From contig JBJOKS010000017.1 of NCBI GenBank assembly GCA_046045965.1, forward strand, positions 58,134 to 122,133: a stretch of 64,000 nucleotides of DNA. The letters are read 5' to 3'. Both the position numbers and the translations under genes were made by a program. This DNA is from Cyanobacteriota bacterium. Lineage in GTDB: Bacteria; Cyanobacteriota; Cyanobacteriia; Cyanobacteriales; Nostocaceae. Positions 30,801-43,400 of the stretch are shown one piece after another; position 1 is the first letter of the stretch; every line of letters starts with the position of its first letter. Below the pieces are notes generated by a model, which ran no database searches, was not told where the DNA came from, and was given only the letters and a program-made list of their open reading frames with translations.

Positions 30801-32565
30801 GGGGGTCGGAAATATCCCATAATCGCACGGTTTTATCTGCACTACCGCTAATAATGCTACTTCCGTCAGGACTAAAGGCTACTGAGTTGACCAAATATTT
30901 ATGACCCAAAAAAGGCTGACCTATTGCTGTTCCAGTTTCGACATCCCATAACCGCACTGTATTATCCAGACTGCCACTGACAATGGTATTCCCGTCGGCA
31001 CTAAAAGCTACTGAGATCACTGAATCTGTATGACCAAAGAAAGGTTGACCAATGGGTGTTCCAGTCTTCACATCCCACAACCGCACCGTTTTGTCCCAAC
31101 TACCACTGACAACGGTATTCCCTTCAGGACTAAAGGCTACTGAGGTGACAGAATTGGTATGACCCGAAAATGGTTGACCTATAGCTTCTCCTGTCTTGAC
31201 ATCCCACAACCGCACTGTGATGTCTTCGCTACCACTAACAACGGTACTGCCGTCAGGACTAAAAGCTACTGAGGTGACGGTATCTATATGACCAGAGAAT
31301 GGTTGATCTATGGTTTTTCTCTTCTTGACATCCCATAACCGCATTGTGGTGTCACTACTGCCACTGACAACGGTCTTACCATCAGGACTAAAGGCTACTG
31401 ATTTAACAATATCTCTATGACGATCTGTATGACTAGAGAAAGATTGACCTAAAGCTTTTCCAGTCTTGATATCCCACAATAGGACTCTATTATCTTCACC
31501 GCCACTAACGACGGTACTGCCGTCAGGACTAAAAGCTACTGAGTTGACGGTATCTATATGACCAGAAAAAACCTGATTTATAGGGGTTGCAGTTTCCACA
31601 TCCCACAACCGCACTGTCCTGTCTTCACTGCCACTCACAACCATACTGCCAGCACTAAAGGCTACTGAGGTGACGGAACTTATATGACCAGAGAATGGTT
31701 GACCTATCGCCTCTCCAGTCTTGACATCCCACAACAGCACTGTGCTGTCTTCACTACCACTAACAACGATACTGCCGTTAGCACTAAAGGCTACTGAGGT
31801 GACAGAATTGGTATGACCAGAGAATGGTTGACCTATGGCTTCTCCAGTTTCAATATCCCACAGCCTCACTGTATTGTCCCAACTGCCACTAACAATGGTC
31901 TTACCGTCGGGACTAAAGGCTACTGATAAGATGGGTTTTGTATGACCAGAAAAAGTTTGAGCGATCGCCTCTTCTGTGTTTAAATCCCATAACCACACTG
32001 TGTTGTCCCAACTACCACTGACAATGGTATTCCCATCGGGACTAAAAGCTACTGAGGTGACAGGTTGTGCATGACTATATAGTTGACCGATCGCTTTTCC
32101 AGTGTTAACATCCCACAACCGCACTGTCTTGTCTTTACTGCCACTAACAACAGTATTCCCATCGGGATTAAAGGCTACTGAGTTCACTGAACCTGTATGA
32201 CCAGTGATAGGTTGAGCGATCGCTTCTCCTGTCTTGGCATCCCACAACCGTACCGTGTTGTCAAGACTGCCACTCACAACCATACTGCCATCGGGACTAA
32301 AGGCTACTGAGTTCACAGAACTTGTATGACCCAGGCAACTTGCCCACTTTGTCCCAGTTAACACATCCCAAATCTCAACTGTACCATTTCCCAAACCCAC
32401 AGCAATGCGTGTCCGTCCCTGCGGTGATATGGCTACTGCATTTACTTTACTCTCAAACTGGGCAAAGGGTTTTTCTGTTTCTTGGTCTGCTTCTAGGTCA
32501 GTTTCAATTTCTGGGATGCTAAATTGTTGGCTGCTGATTTCTTGTTGACCTTGGGGTGCTTCCAT
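27877..32565 (-). CDS. WD40-repeat / KAP-family P-loop NTPase fusion
   Basis: About 14 GH..V.SVAFSPDG..SGS.D.TVRLWD repeats, Walker A GSWGSGKS, FNAWSY, two transmembrane helices, Walker B IVLYIDDLDRC and YIEKIIQLPY. Confidence 0.92.
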   Translation of the reverse strand: MEAPQGQQEISSQQFSIPEIETDLEADQETEKPFAQFESKVNAVAISPQGRTRIAVGLGNGTVEIWDVLTGTKWASCLGHTSSVNSVAFSPDGSMVVSGSLDNTVRLWDAKTGEAIAQPITGHTGSVNSVAFNPDGNTVVSGSKDKTVRLWDVNTGKAIGQLYSHAQPVTSVAFSPDGNTIVSGSWDNTVWLWDLNTEEAIAQTFSGHTKPILSVAFSPDGKTIVSGSWDNTVRLWDIETGEAIGQPFSGHTNSVTSVAFSANGSIVVSGSEDSTVLLWDVKTGEAIGQPFSGHISSVTSVAFSAGSMVVSGSEDRTVRLWDVETATPINQVFSGHIDTVNSVAFSPDGSTVVSGGEDNRVLLWDIKTGKALGQSFSSHTDRHRDIVKSVAFSPDGKTVVSGSSDTTMRLWDVKKRKTIDQPFSGHIDTVTSVAFSPDGSTVVSGSEDITVRLWDVKTGEAIGQPFSGHTNSVTSVAFSPEGNTVVSGSWDKTVRLWDVKTGTPIGQPFFGHTDSVISVAFSADGNTIVSGSLDNTVRLWDVETGTAIGQPFLGHKYLVNSVAFSPDGSSIISGSADKTVRLWDISDPQHKRQIIIGEHQGEVHSVAFDPQGDYIISAGEDGIKVWRWQRFNLRSVPQAFSNDQASGEDALDVAKELQALADVLMLRSLKPPLAVAILGSWGSGKSFGMHLIEKQITKIRCQKLTEKQTWSDDQDDPNLSPYVGHVYQIKFNAWSYAKSDLWASLMQTIFDQLDRQLTLEQQLIKVGEVDPLTGGEIWRVLNQMNDSDRKAILESELSEEVFAQLKSQILDRNKLWEILRQVRQDEQEQLKITEDKLQDLQAEVREINQEIEDEYNQKLEQLEQEFITQEVNRITSNVEQEMTDVSILIVFLSQLKETLKDDLGDSILKDFLHLCNFQSRQDLEKQFPMFQLDKLANSNLIDVAEDLVRNKDEKIQNIVNNADKFTHFLQEQPTKIVSIIEFTKRDRKTLFLFLGATALPFITYFLIIDIIPKVLPILKEISASLQIWLTSVSAIPAISVGVEIFKKVKVLQVKTARFLQAARENVEIEKQNLAKTKEEKIKEEIEQRKEEYKQNQVKEIYSKREEAEKQLVDKQQEIEKLKLQVERQKERIGLTAQYTSLLDFVNKRLDENSYQKLLGIMHQIQDDLQDLSDHLTYIPGHTNPEKRKILKPLFPRGPARIVLYIDDLDRCPPDKVVQVLEAVQLLLNTEIFIVVLAIDDRYIGRALEHNYRGVLKRGGTPSGVDYIEKIIQLPYRMRPISKEVTESYLQSLLDIEEKAKIETPKIAETPKITETLEITETPKITETLEKLNQVKVETAPHERKENQIDKSAAIKKDQDMKKVEKAKYESNTNPLVTVQKFTAEEFQWISECCQHVDLTPRTAKRLINICKIIKIIWTPTENDKKNDTTWKVEPSPECKQSLIAFLALAGRYPREMRKLLEEIYFEFEEEGKVTVELEKNKWIHHLQNLDVFMDRHNQREWKKFKSDFNKMLPKDKFVFEKRTLNLAVSFCFVGDVGYDPDDMYNREYRFEDGKKIYGFHLE

Positions 32566-32679
32566 GCCAGTAGTGTTACCAGTTAGTCGTGTGTGGGTGT
32601 TACTGGTTTTACTATGTATGTTGCTTGGTTGTAAATACTTTTATATGTTTGTTTACAAATCAGATCAGGGGATTTGAAA

Positions 32680-32795
32680 GCGACTGGAAGTCACGGCTAC
32701 ACAAACGATACCCGCCTACACGGGTTTGAAATCCTTAATTTGACCTTAGTCCGCGCAGGTGGACTTGGTTTGTATAGCTGCGATTTATAATCGCC
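32680..32795. repeat. Imperfect long inverted repeat (REP/MITE-like)
   Basis: GCGACTGGAAGTCACGGCTACACAAAC pairs imperfectly with GTTTGTATAGCTGCGATTTATAATCGC. Confidence 0.6.
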
Positions 32796-33225
32796 AGTTT
32801 AATATTACAAAATATTTCATTTTCTCATCTAAAGCTTAATCCATAACCTGCAAAATACAAATATTACTGAGGTAAAAAATTAAACTTTTTCTGTGGAAGT
32901 CTCAAAAGTCTTGCTGTTACAAGTTTACAGGATTAGCAATCTTATTTTTTTCACTAATTTATAAATGACTCGCTTATTGAGAAAACAACTAAAACTCATT
33001 TATTGAAAACGCAAACTTCACGTTATCTATGTCAGAGAATTTTTATATTATTCTCAATAACTGGCAGCAATTGGACAACATGAAAATTAGTACCTAAGTT
33101 TAATTTTCTAATTCGGAGGTAATTAAAAATAATCAAATTTACTATAGAAACAAGCAATTAGTTGAGCAATAAAAAATAAGTCCTCAACTAACGTGATTAC
33201 ACAGGTGAATTTTGGAGAAAAACAG

Positions 33226-33462
33226 ATGTTAAACACCAAAAAAGAATTATTAGCTGATCTCACTTCTGAAACTGCGGCTAATATTAACGGTGGTCAAGGT
33301 GAACAAGGTCAAGGCCAACAAGGTGGTAAAGAGGATAAAAGTAAGTTTAATTACAGCAGATATCTGAAAGCCTTGGGAATTGCTTATTTGAGTCCCCCCG
33401 AAGCTGGTAAAATCACAGATCAGGAAGCATTGTTAGCCCAATACCAAGGCTGGGAAGATTAG
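33226..33462 (+). CDS. Small protein with double-glycine-type leader (bacteriocin/RiPP precursor-like)
   Basis: GGAG RBS; MLNTKKELLADLTSETAANINGG leader then a Gly/Gln linker and a core region. Confidence 0.7.
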   Translation: MLNTKKELLADLTSETAANINGGQGEQGQGQQGGKEDKSKFNYSRYLKALGIAYLSPPEAGKITDQEALLAQYQGWED

Positions 33463-33631
33463 CAAAACTCATTTATTTATAAGCTTCTCCCATTAAGATT
33501 CAACTACTAAGAATAAATCCCGCTTTTAATCCAATTCATTTAATAAGCAACTCAACCACAAAAAAATATCCCCCATTATCCCCTTTTGACTCTATTTCCC
33601 CCCTTTCTAAGGGGGGTTAGGGGGGATCTCT

Positions 33632-34711
33632 CTACTTAAAACAGCAAGTAATAGCTAACTCTGCATGATTAACTAAAACCTCTTTTTCCAATTGATAAAC
33701 TGGATATTGAGGAGTGATATTCAATAATTTCTCAATTCTCTCTTTAGCTGTTTCTACTATCTCTTCATTTAAACTACCATTACTCAAACAGTTAACAAAA
33801 TCTTCGGCTATTTTATAGGTTCTTTCCAAAGATGAAGAATTGATATTTCGTGATACTATAAATAAATCACAACCTGCATTAAAAGACCGCGCTACTGTTC
33901 CCGAATACATAAACATCTCTGAAACAGCTTTCATATCTAAATCATCAGAAATAATCACACCCTGAAAATTTAATTCTTGGCGAAGAATTTGATTTAAAAT
34001 GGTTTTGGATAATGTTGCAGGAACTTCTGGATCAATTTGCGGGAACAAAATATGCGCTGTCATAATTAGCGGTATTTTTTCCTGAATTAATGTTTGAAAA
34101 GGTATCAACTCCCGTTTTCGCAAGTCTTCTAAACTGAGATTTAATATTGGTAACTCCAGATGAGAATCTGTGCTAGTGTCTCCATGTCCAGGAAAATGTT
34201 TAGCACAACCGAGAATTCCCCCATCTTTGAGTCCTTGGTAATATTCCCGCGCACCTTTACTAGCAGTTTCAGGAGTTGTCCCAAAAGCACGGGGTCCAAT
34301 AATAGGGTTTTGGGGGTTAGAAAAAATATCAGCGACAGGGGAAAAAGAAAGATTGATACCTAATGATTTCAATTCTAAAGCCGTAGCTTTTGCTACTTGA
34401 TATGCTTGCGATTTCACCACATAAGCATAAGGAAAACGAGTAATGGGTAATGGAGTTCTGATAACCCTTCCACCTTCATGATCAATAGTGGTAAACAGGG
34501 AAGTACGTTCAGTATATTCGCGTATTTCTTGCAGTAAATTTTTAAAGCTTTCTAACCAAACCAGATAAGGTACACCATCCAGAAAGTTTTTAGCGAAAAA
34601 AATCACACCCACCGGTTTTAACTCACTCAACGCCCGCTTATCATCATCACTAAGAGTTGTACCAGAAATACCGAGAATTAAATGATTACCGAATTTTTGT
34701 AAATCTTTCAT
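33632..34711 (-). CDS. nagZ: GH3 beta-N-acetylhexosaminidase
   Basis: DHEGGRV, KHFPGHGDTSTDSH and ISDDLDM motifs. Confidence 0.9.
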   Translation of the reverse strand: MKDLQKFGNHLILGISGTTLSDDDKRALSELKPVGVIFFAKNFLDGVPYLVWLESFKNLLQEIREYTERTSLFTTIDHEGGRVIRTPLPITRFPYAYVVKSQAYQVAKATALELKSLGINLSFSPVADIFSNPQNPIIGPRAFGTTPETASKGAREYYQGLKDGGILGCAKHFPGHGDTSTDSHLELPILNLSLEDLRKRELIPFQTLIQEKIPLIMTAHILFPQIDPEVPATLSKTILNQILRQELNFQGVIISDDLDMKAVSEMFMYSGTVARSFNAGCDLFIVSRNINSSSLERTYKIAEDFVNCLSNGSLNEEIVETAKERIEKLLNITPQYPVYQLEKEVLVNHAELAITCCFK

Positions 34712-34713
34712 TA

Positions 34714-34893
<180 letters not shown>

Positions 34894-34984
34894 TTATTTC
34901 TCAAAGCCATGCCAAATGTAACAGAATGCAAAGTATAATGAAAACGACAAAACTATTAAGAAATATTGAAAACAGTAGGTTTAA

Positions 34985-37340
<2,356 letters not shown>

Positions 37341-37341
37341 A

Positions 37342-37527
37342 AGGAGTCAGGAGTCAGGAGTCAGGAGTCAGAAGGCAGCTATGCTGGAGGCAGGAGGCAG
37401 CTATGCTGGAGGCAGGAGGCAGAAGGCAAATATTTTCCCCATCTCCCCATCTCCCCAGTCACCAGTCACCAGTCACCAGTCACCAGTCACCAGTCACCAG
37501 TCCCCTGTTCCCTGTTCCCTGTTCCCT
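37342..37527. repeat. Mixed STRR arrays
   Basis: AGGAGTC, GGAGGCA, CCAGTCA and CTGTTCC tandems. Confidence 0.88.
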
Positions 37528-37593
37528 GATAAATCCCAAAAAAACTATTGACTAACCAAAAATCCTCTGCTACTATTATTTAGTATTACCTCT

Positions 37594-37685
37594 GGAGAGG
37601 TGGCTGAGTGGTCGAAAGCGGCAGATTGCTAATCTGTTGATGGAATCGTAAGGTCCATCCGAGGGTTCGAATCCCTCCTTCTCCG
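37594..37685 (+). tRNA. tRNA-Ser(GCT)
   Basis: GGAGAGG/CTTCTCC acceptor stem, anticodon loop TT-GCT-AA, long variable arm and TTCGAAT. Confidence 0.93.
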
Positions 37686-37879
37686 TTTATATGTTTCAAA
37701 AGCTCTCAGAATTGAAAGTATTCAAGGACTTTATTTAAGCATTAGGACTTATTGCTATATTTCCAAAGGTAGATACTATTATTTAACTTTTGGAGCTTGA
37801 GTCATTTCCAGTTAGACTGAGTGGGTTAGTTTAATAATTGATTTTCAAGCTTCTCGACATGAGATGCGTGAAGGAATAT

Positions 37880-39205
37880 ATGCCAAAATTTAGTGTTTCC
37901 CTAGCTTTAAGCGTAGCAACCCTAGCCAGTGGTATTCTACTGGGTGCTTGTGAAAATACCACCACAACCAATAATACAGGAACAACCGGAACTACTGCCA
38001 CCCCAGCAGCCAACACTACCACAACAACCAGCAGTGCTAAAGGTTTGAAAATTGGTAGTTTATTACCAACAACAGGTGACTTAGCTTCCATCGGTCAACA
38101 AATGGTAGGTTCAGTTCCCCTACTGGTAGAAACCGTCAACGCTTGTGGAGGAGTCAACGGAGAACCAGTCACATTAGTAGAAGTAGACGATCAAACTGAT
38201 CCTAAAGCTGGTGCAGCAGGTATGACCAAACTAGCAACAGTAGATAAAGTTGCAGGTGTAGTTGGTTCCTTTGCTAGTAGCGTTTCTACAGCTGCTATCT
38301 CAGTTGCTACCCCCAACAAAGTTATGTTAGTTTCTCCTGGTAGCACCAGTCCCGTATTTACGGAAAAAGCGCAAAAAGGCGACTTTAAAGGATATTGGGC
38401 GCGGACTGCTCCCCCAGATACCTATCAAGCATTAGCTTTAGCCCAACTTGCTAAGAAAAAAGGTTTTAAAAGAGTTTCCACAGTCGTGATCAATAATGAC
38501 TATGGTGTAGGTTTTGAAAAAGCATTTGTCGAAACATTTGAAAAATTAGGTGGAACCGTAGTTAATAAAGATAAACCAGTTCGTTACGACCCCAAAGCCC
38601 AAACCTTTGATACTGAAGCTGCTGCTGCTTTTGCAGGTAAACCTGACGCAGTTTTAGCAGTCATGTATGCGGAAACAGGGAGTTTATTCCTCAAAGCTGC
38701 TTACCAACAAGGTCTAGCTAAGGGAGTACAGATCATGCTCACTGACGGAGTAAAATCAGATGCTTTCCCGGAACAAGTGGGTAAAGGTCCAGATGGCAAA
38801 TATCTGTTAACTGGGGCTATTGGTACTGTTCCTGGTTCTGATGGTAAAGCATTAGCAGCCTTTAAGAAATTGTGGCAAGAGAAAAAAGGCGGTTCACCAG
38901 GAGAATATGCACCTCAAGCTTGGGATGCAGCGGCTTTGTTGGTATTATCAGCCCAAGCAGCTAAGGAAAATACAGGTGTAGGTATTTCCAGTAAACTTCG
39001 GGAAGTTGCAGCTGGTGATGGTACACCAGTGAGTGATGTGTGTGAAGGACTAAAGCTACTCAAAGACGGCAAAAAAATTAATTACCAAGGTGCAAGCGGT
39101 GATGTAGATGTGGATGCTAATGGTGATGTCATCGGTGTCTACGATGTTTGGACAGTGGGAGATGATGGCAAAATCAAAGTTATAGACAAGGTTAGTCCTA
39201 AGTAG
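37880..39205 (+). CDS. Branched-chain/neutral amino acid ABC transporter substrate-binding lipoprotein (NatB-like)
   Basis: Lipobox LLGAC; KIGSLLPTTG, WARTAPPD and NNDYGVG motifs. Confidence 0.88.
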   Translation: MPKFSVSLALSVATLASGILLGACENTTTTNNTGTTGTTATPAANTTTTTSSAKGLKIGSLLPTTGDLASIGQQMVGSVPLLVETVNACGGVNGEPVTLVEVDDQTDPKAGAAGMTKLATVDKVAGVVGSFASSVSTAAISVATPNKVMLVSPGSTSPVFTEKAQKGDFKGYWARTAPPDTYQALALAQLAKKKGFKRVSTVVINNDYGVGFEKAFVETFEKLGGTVVNKDKPVRYDPKAQTFDTEAAAAFAGKPDAVLAVMYAETGSLFLKAAYQQGLAKGVQIMLTDGVKSDAFPEQVGKGPDGKYLLTGAIGTVPGSDGKALAAFKKLWQEKKGGSPGEYAPQAWDAAALLVLSAQAAKENTGVGISSKLREVAAGDGTPVSDVCEGLKLLKDGKKINYQGASGDVDVDANGDVIGVYDVWTVGDDGKIKVIDKVSPK

Positions 39206-39362
39206 AGGCAGGAGGCAGGAGGCAGCTATGCTGGAGGCAGGAGGCAGAAGGCAGCTATGCTGGAGGCAGAAGGCAAAAGTTAATATTCTCCCCCTGCTTC
39301 CCCAACTTCCCCTGCCTCCCCTGCTTTCTTTACTGTCACCTGTCACCTGTCACCTTCCCTCT

Positions 39363-40133
39363 TTAAAACCCGCTAAAGTTGTAACCAACACCAACTAATA
39401 AACCGACATCAGTTTGATCAAAAAATCCAGCATTGACAGCGGCTGTGGCAGTGAATCTATTAGTTAGAGGTATATCAACACCACCTGTTACCATGAGAGC
39501 AGTTTCCGAGTTGTCACCAGTTTTAATGGCTGCACCAACTCCCACGTAAGGAGCAATGGGTAAAGGTTCGTTAAATGGATCTCCTACCTGCTGGAAGGAG
39601 AAATCGTAGGTGAGGGGAATCAGAAATGTGGTATCATCCCCTAAAATTGCCGATGGTCTGACTGATAAAGACCTGGTAAAACCAATTTTACTGATGACTG
39701 TGAAGTTACCATCACCCAAGGCTGAAGATCCACCACTTAAACCGATATTGCCAGCAACGCCAATATAGCTGCTACCACCACGGGTAGGTCTACCAACATC
39801 AATATCTGCTTGTGCTACTTTATTTGGTTGTACTGTTTGAGTAGCAGATACTTTGGATGTAGCCTCTGTATCTTCAGAATTCAGCATTACTGATGAGGTG
39901 GCTACTGTCCCTGGAACGGGTATGATTGTTGAATTAGGGGTTTTTTCTGTAGCGATGTTGGGAAACTGTTGTACTTCAGCAACAGTGGTTGTGGTGAGTT
40001 CTGTAGTTTCTTGGTTCTCAGACATGACAGCGGTATCTGGCTGGTTTACCTGAGCAGTTGCGGAAAGGCTGCTACCTAAAATTGTCAGGACTGCTAGACT
40101 TGACAAGCAAAAAAGATTTTTACGTAGAAACAT
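39363..40133 (-). CDS. Secreted protein with probable C-terminal outer-membrane beta-barrel
   Basis: Signal peptide, low-complexity linker, SYIGVAG...PYVGVG...GVGYNF. Confidence 0.7.
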   Translation of the reverse strand: MFLRKNLFCLSSLAVLTILGSSLSATAQVNQPDTAVMSENQETTELTTTTVAEVQQFPNIATEKTPNSTIIPVPGTVATSSVMLNSEDTEATSKVSATQTVQPNKVAQADIDVGRPTRGGSSYIGVAGNIGLSGGSSALGDGNFTVISKIGFTRSLSVRPSAILGDDTTFLIPLTYDFSFQQVGDPFNEPLPIAPYVGVGAAIKTGDNSETALMVTGGVDIPLTNRFTATAAVNAGFFDQTDVGLLVGVGYNFSGF

Positions 40134-40438
40134 AGTATTCACATTCACTCCTACATGAATTATGACGACAACAGATATTTGTTGTTGTGGGTTTAATGTA
40201 ACAAATTTGAGCAATACTCAACATTTAACATCAAAAAATCCTTTTCACATCTTTAATTTGACGTATGCAATTAGGATTGAGGGTAACTGTTCCCTGTTCC
40301 CTGTTCCCTAGTTAATTGTAAATTTTTGTAAAATTGATGTCTTCAAGACTAGAAAGCTGATATTTAGATAGCTAAACTAACACAAAGTGCATCTGTACTG
40401 TTAATAATAAAAATTGTAGATATGGCGCTATAGCCTAA

Positions 40439-43400
40439 ATGATCCCAGTCCAACTGATCCTGAAAAACTTTCTTAGTTACCGTGATGCAACTTTAGATTT
40501 TGGCGGTTTGCATACGGCGTGTATTTGTGGTTCTAATGGTGCGGGTAAATCTTCTCTTCTGGAAGCTATCACTTGGGCTATTTGGGGTGAAAGCCGTGCC
40601 ACTGTTGAAGATGATGTGATCTATTCTGGCGCTAAAGAAGTCAGAGTGGATTTTACTTTCTACAATAATTTACAAAAATATCGGGTGATTCGTACCCGTG
40701 TCCGGGGTGCAACTAGCGTTTTGGAATTTCAAATTGAAACTCCGGCTGGTTTTCGTCCTCTGACTGGTAAGGGGATGCGAGCAACTCAGGATGTGATTTT
40801 ACAACATATCAAGCTCGATTATGAGACTTTTATTAATTCTGCTTATTTGCGTCAAGGTCGGGCTGATGAGTTTATGCTCAAGCGTCCCACGGAACGGAAG
40901 GAAATTTTAGCAGAGTTATTAAAACTTAATCAATATGATCAATTGGAAGAACGAGCTAAGGACAATTCTAAACAGTATAAAGGACGGGTGGAAGAGTTAG
41001 AGCGTTCTTTGGATAATATCAAATCTCAACTCCAACAACGGGAAACAACTAAAGCTGAACGAGCGGAGTTAGAAGTTCAACTAAATAATATTCAACAGCA
41101 ACAGGCTTTTGATAATATTCAATTACAAAGTTTGCAGGTTGTTCAGCATCAACGCCAAAATTTAGAAGAAAAATTCAGTTTTGTACAACAACAATATCAA
41201 AATCTCAGTCAAGATTGCGATCGCTTACATCAAGAACAATTATCTGTCAAATCCCAATTAGCAGATTTAGCATCTATTTTAAATCAATCCGCCCAAATTC
41301 AAGCTGCATACTCTCAATATCAAAGTCTGCAATCTCAAGAAGAAGCTTTTGCTGCTAAATTTGAACAACATACCCGCGCTATTAGTTTACGTCAACAACA
41401 GCAACAACAGCTTGCTAAACAAATCCAATCTCTTGAACGCCAACTGCAACAAGCCGAAGCTCAGTTAGAAGCTTTAGAACAACAGGAGCGAGAACTTCAG
41501 CAAACTCTCACCAAAGCTGCGGAAGTAGAACCTGCTTTAGCCCAATTAGCTGCGGCTCGTGAGCATCTCAATTTTTTGGATCAGTTGCAAATACAAGTAA
41601 ATCCTTTATTGCAACAACGGGCAAATTTACAAAGTCAATTAGATCGCATTCATGCTAGTTTAGTGGCGCGTTTGGAACAGTTGCAAGCTACAGAAAATCA
41701 ACTCCAAAGCCAAAATCGCCGCCAACCCCAACTGCAACAAGCTGTGATGGATCTGGGGATGCAAATTGAAGAGTTAGAGAAAAAGCGGGTTTATTTGCAA
41801 AGGGTACAGGAAAAAGGACATGAACGCCGACACTTTATAGAACGTTTACAAGCTCACCAAAGAGACTACGAAAAATTACTGGGAGAACTAGAGCAAAAAA
41901 TACAAATGCTCCAAAATCCTAATGCTTTGTGTCCCTTGTGTGAACGTCCTTTGGATGAACATCACTGGAGTCGAGTTATACAAAAAACTCAACTTGAGTA
42001 TGAAGATACTCAAGGGCAATTTTGGGTAGTGCGGGAACAAATGGCGGTTTCTGACAGAGAAATTCAGGTATTAAGGCAGGAATATCGGGAAATATCCCAG
42101 CAATTAGCGAGTTATGATGCTTTACGGGAACAAAAGGGACAATTAGCAGCCCAGTTGCAAGCAACTACAGATATTCAAGCACAGTTACAACAAGTTGCGG
42201 CAGAAAAGGAAAATTTAGAACTTTCTTTACAAGGTGAATATGCACCTGATAAACAAGCTGAACTCCAGCAGTTAGACGAATATATACAACAACTTAATTA
42301 CAATGAAAAAGATCATGCTTTAGCGAGAAGTGAAGTAGAGCGTTTGCGAAAGGTGGAAATTAAACAAGCGCAAATTAAAGATGCTAGAAAAAAGCAAGCT
42401 CAACTAACAGCGAGAAAACCAGAACTACAAGCTAGTATTGAGGAATTTAAAGCTAAAATTCAATCAGAACAAACAGATTCAGACATAGCAAGACAAATAA
42501 CGTCCTTAGAACAGGAAATTAAGGAAATTGCTTACAGTTCTGAAGCACATAATAACATCCGCCAAGGTGTAAGAGAGTTTCAATCTTGGCAGTTGCGTTA
42601 TCAGCAGTTATTATCTGCTCAACAGCAATCTCCCCAACTTCAGAACAGGTTAGAGGATTTAACAAATGCTTACAATAGCAGATTAGCAGATAAACAAAAC
42701 CTTGATAGTCAAATTGATAGTATTATGGAGCAATTAAAAGCTAGTGCTAACCCTATTGAGCAAATTAATGATTTAGAGCAGAAAATAGCCATTCGTCGCC
42801 GTGAACTTGATGAAAAAATCGCTTATTTGGGGCGTTTAGAACAACGGGTACATCAGTTAGAATTGCTGCAAAATCAGTATGAGCAAGAACAAGAACAATT
42901 AGAATATTGTAAACAGCAACAGCGGGTTTATCAGGAATTAGCGCAAGCTTTTGGTAAAAATGGTATCCAAGCTTTGATGATTGAAAATGTGTTACCGCAA
43001 CTGGAAGCTGAGACAAATCTATTACTTTCGCGGTTGAGTGCAAATCAGTTGCACGTACAATTTGTTACGCAAAAAGCGGGAAGGAGTGGTAAGTCAACTA
43101 GGAAAAATGCTAAGTTGATTGATACTTTAGATATTTTAATTGCTGATGCGCGGGGGACGCGAGCTTATGAAACTTATTCCGGTGGAGAAGCGTTTAGAAT
43201 TAATTTTGCGGTTCGGTTAGCATTGGCGAAATTATTAGCGCAGCGTGCTGGTGCTGCGTTACAATTGTTGATTATTGATGAAGGGTTTGGTACTCAGGAT
43301 ACAGAGGGATGCGATCGCTTGATTGCGGCGATTAATGCGATCGCAGCTGATTTTGCTTGTATCCTCACTGTAACTCATATCCCCCATCTTAAAGAGGCTT

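Noticed and set aside
32660..32667. TCAGATCA matching the tRNA-Lys 3' end as a possible att site
   Set aside because: Only 8 nt, which can arise by chance, and there is no integrase.
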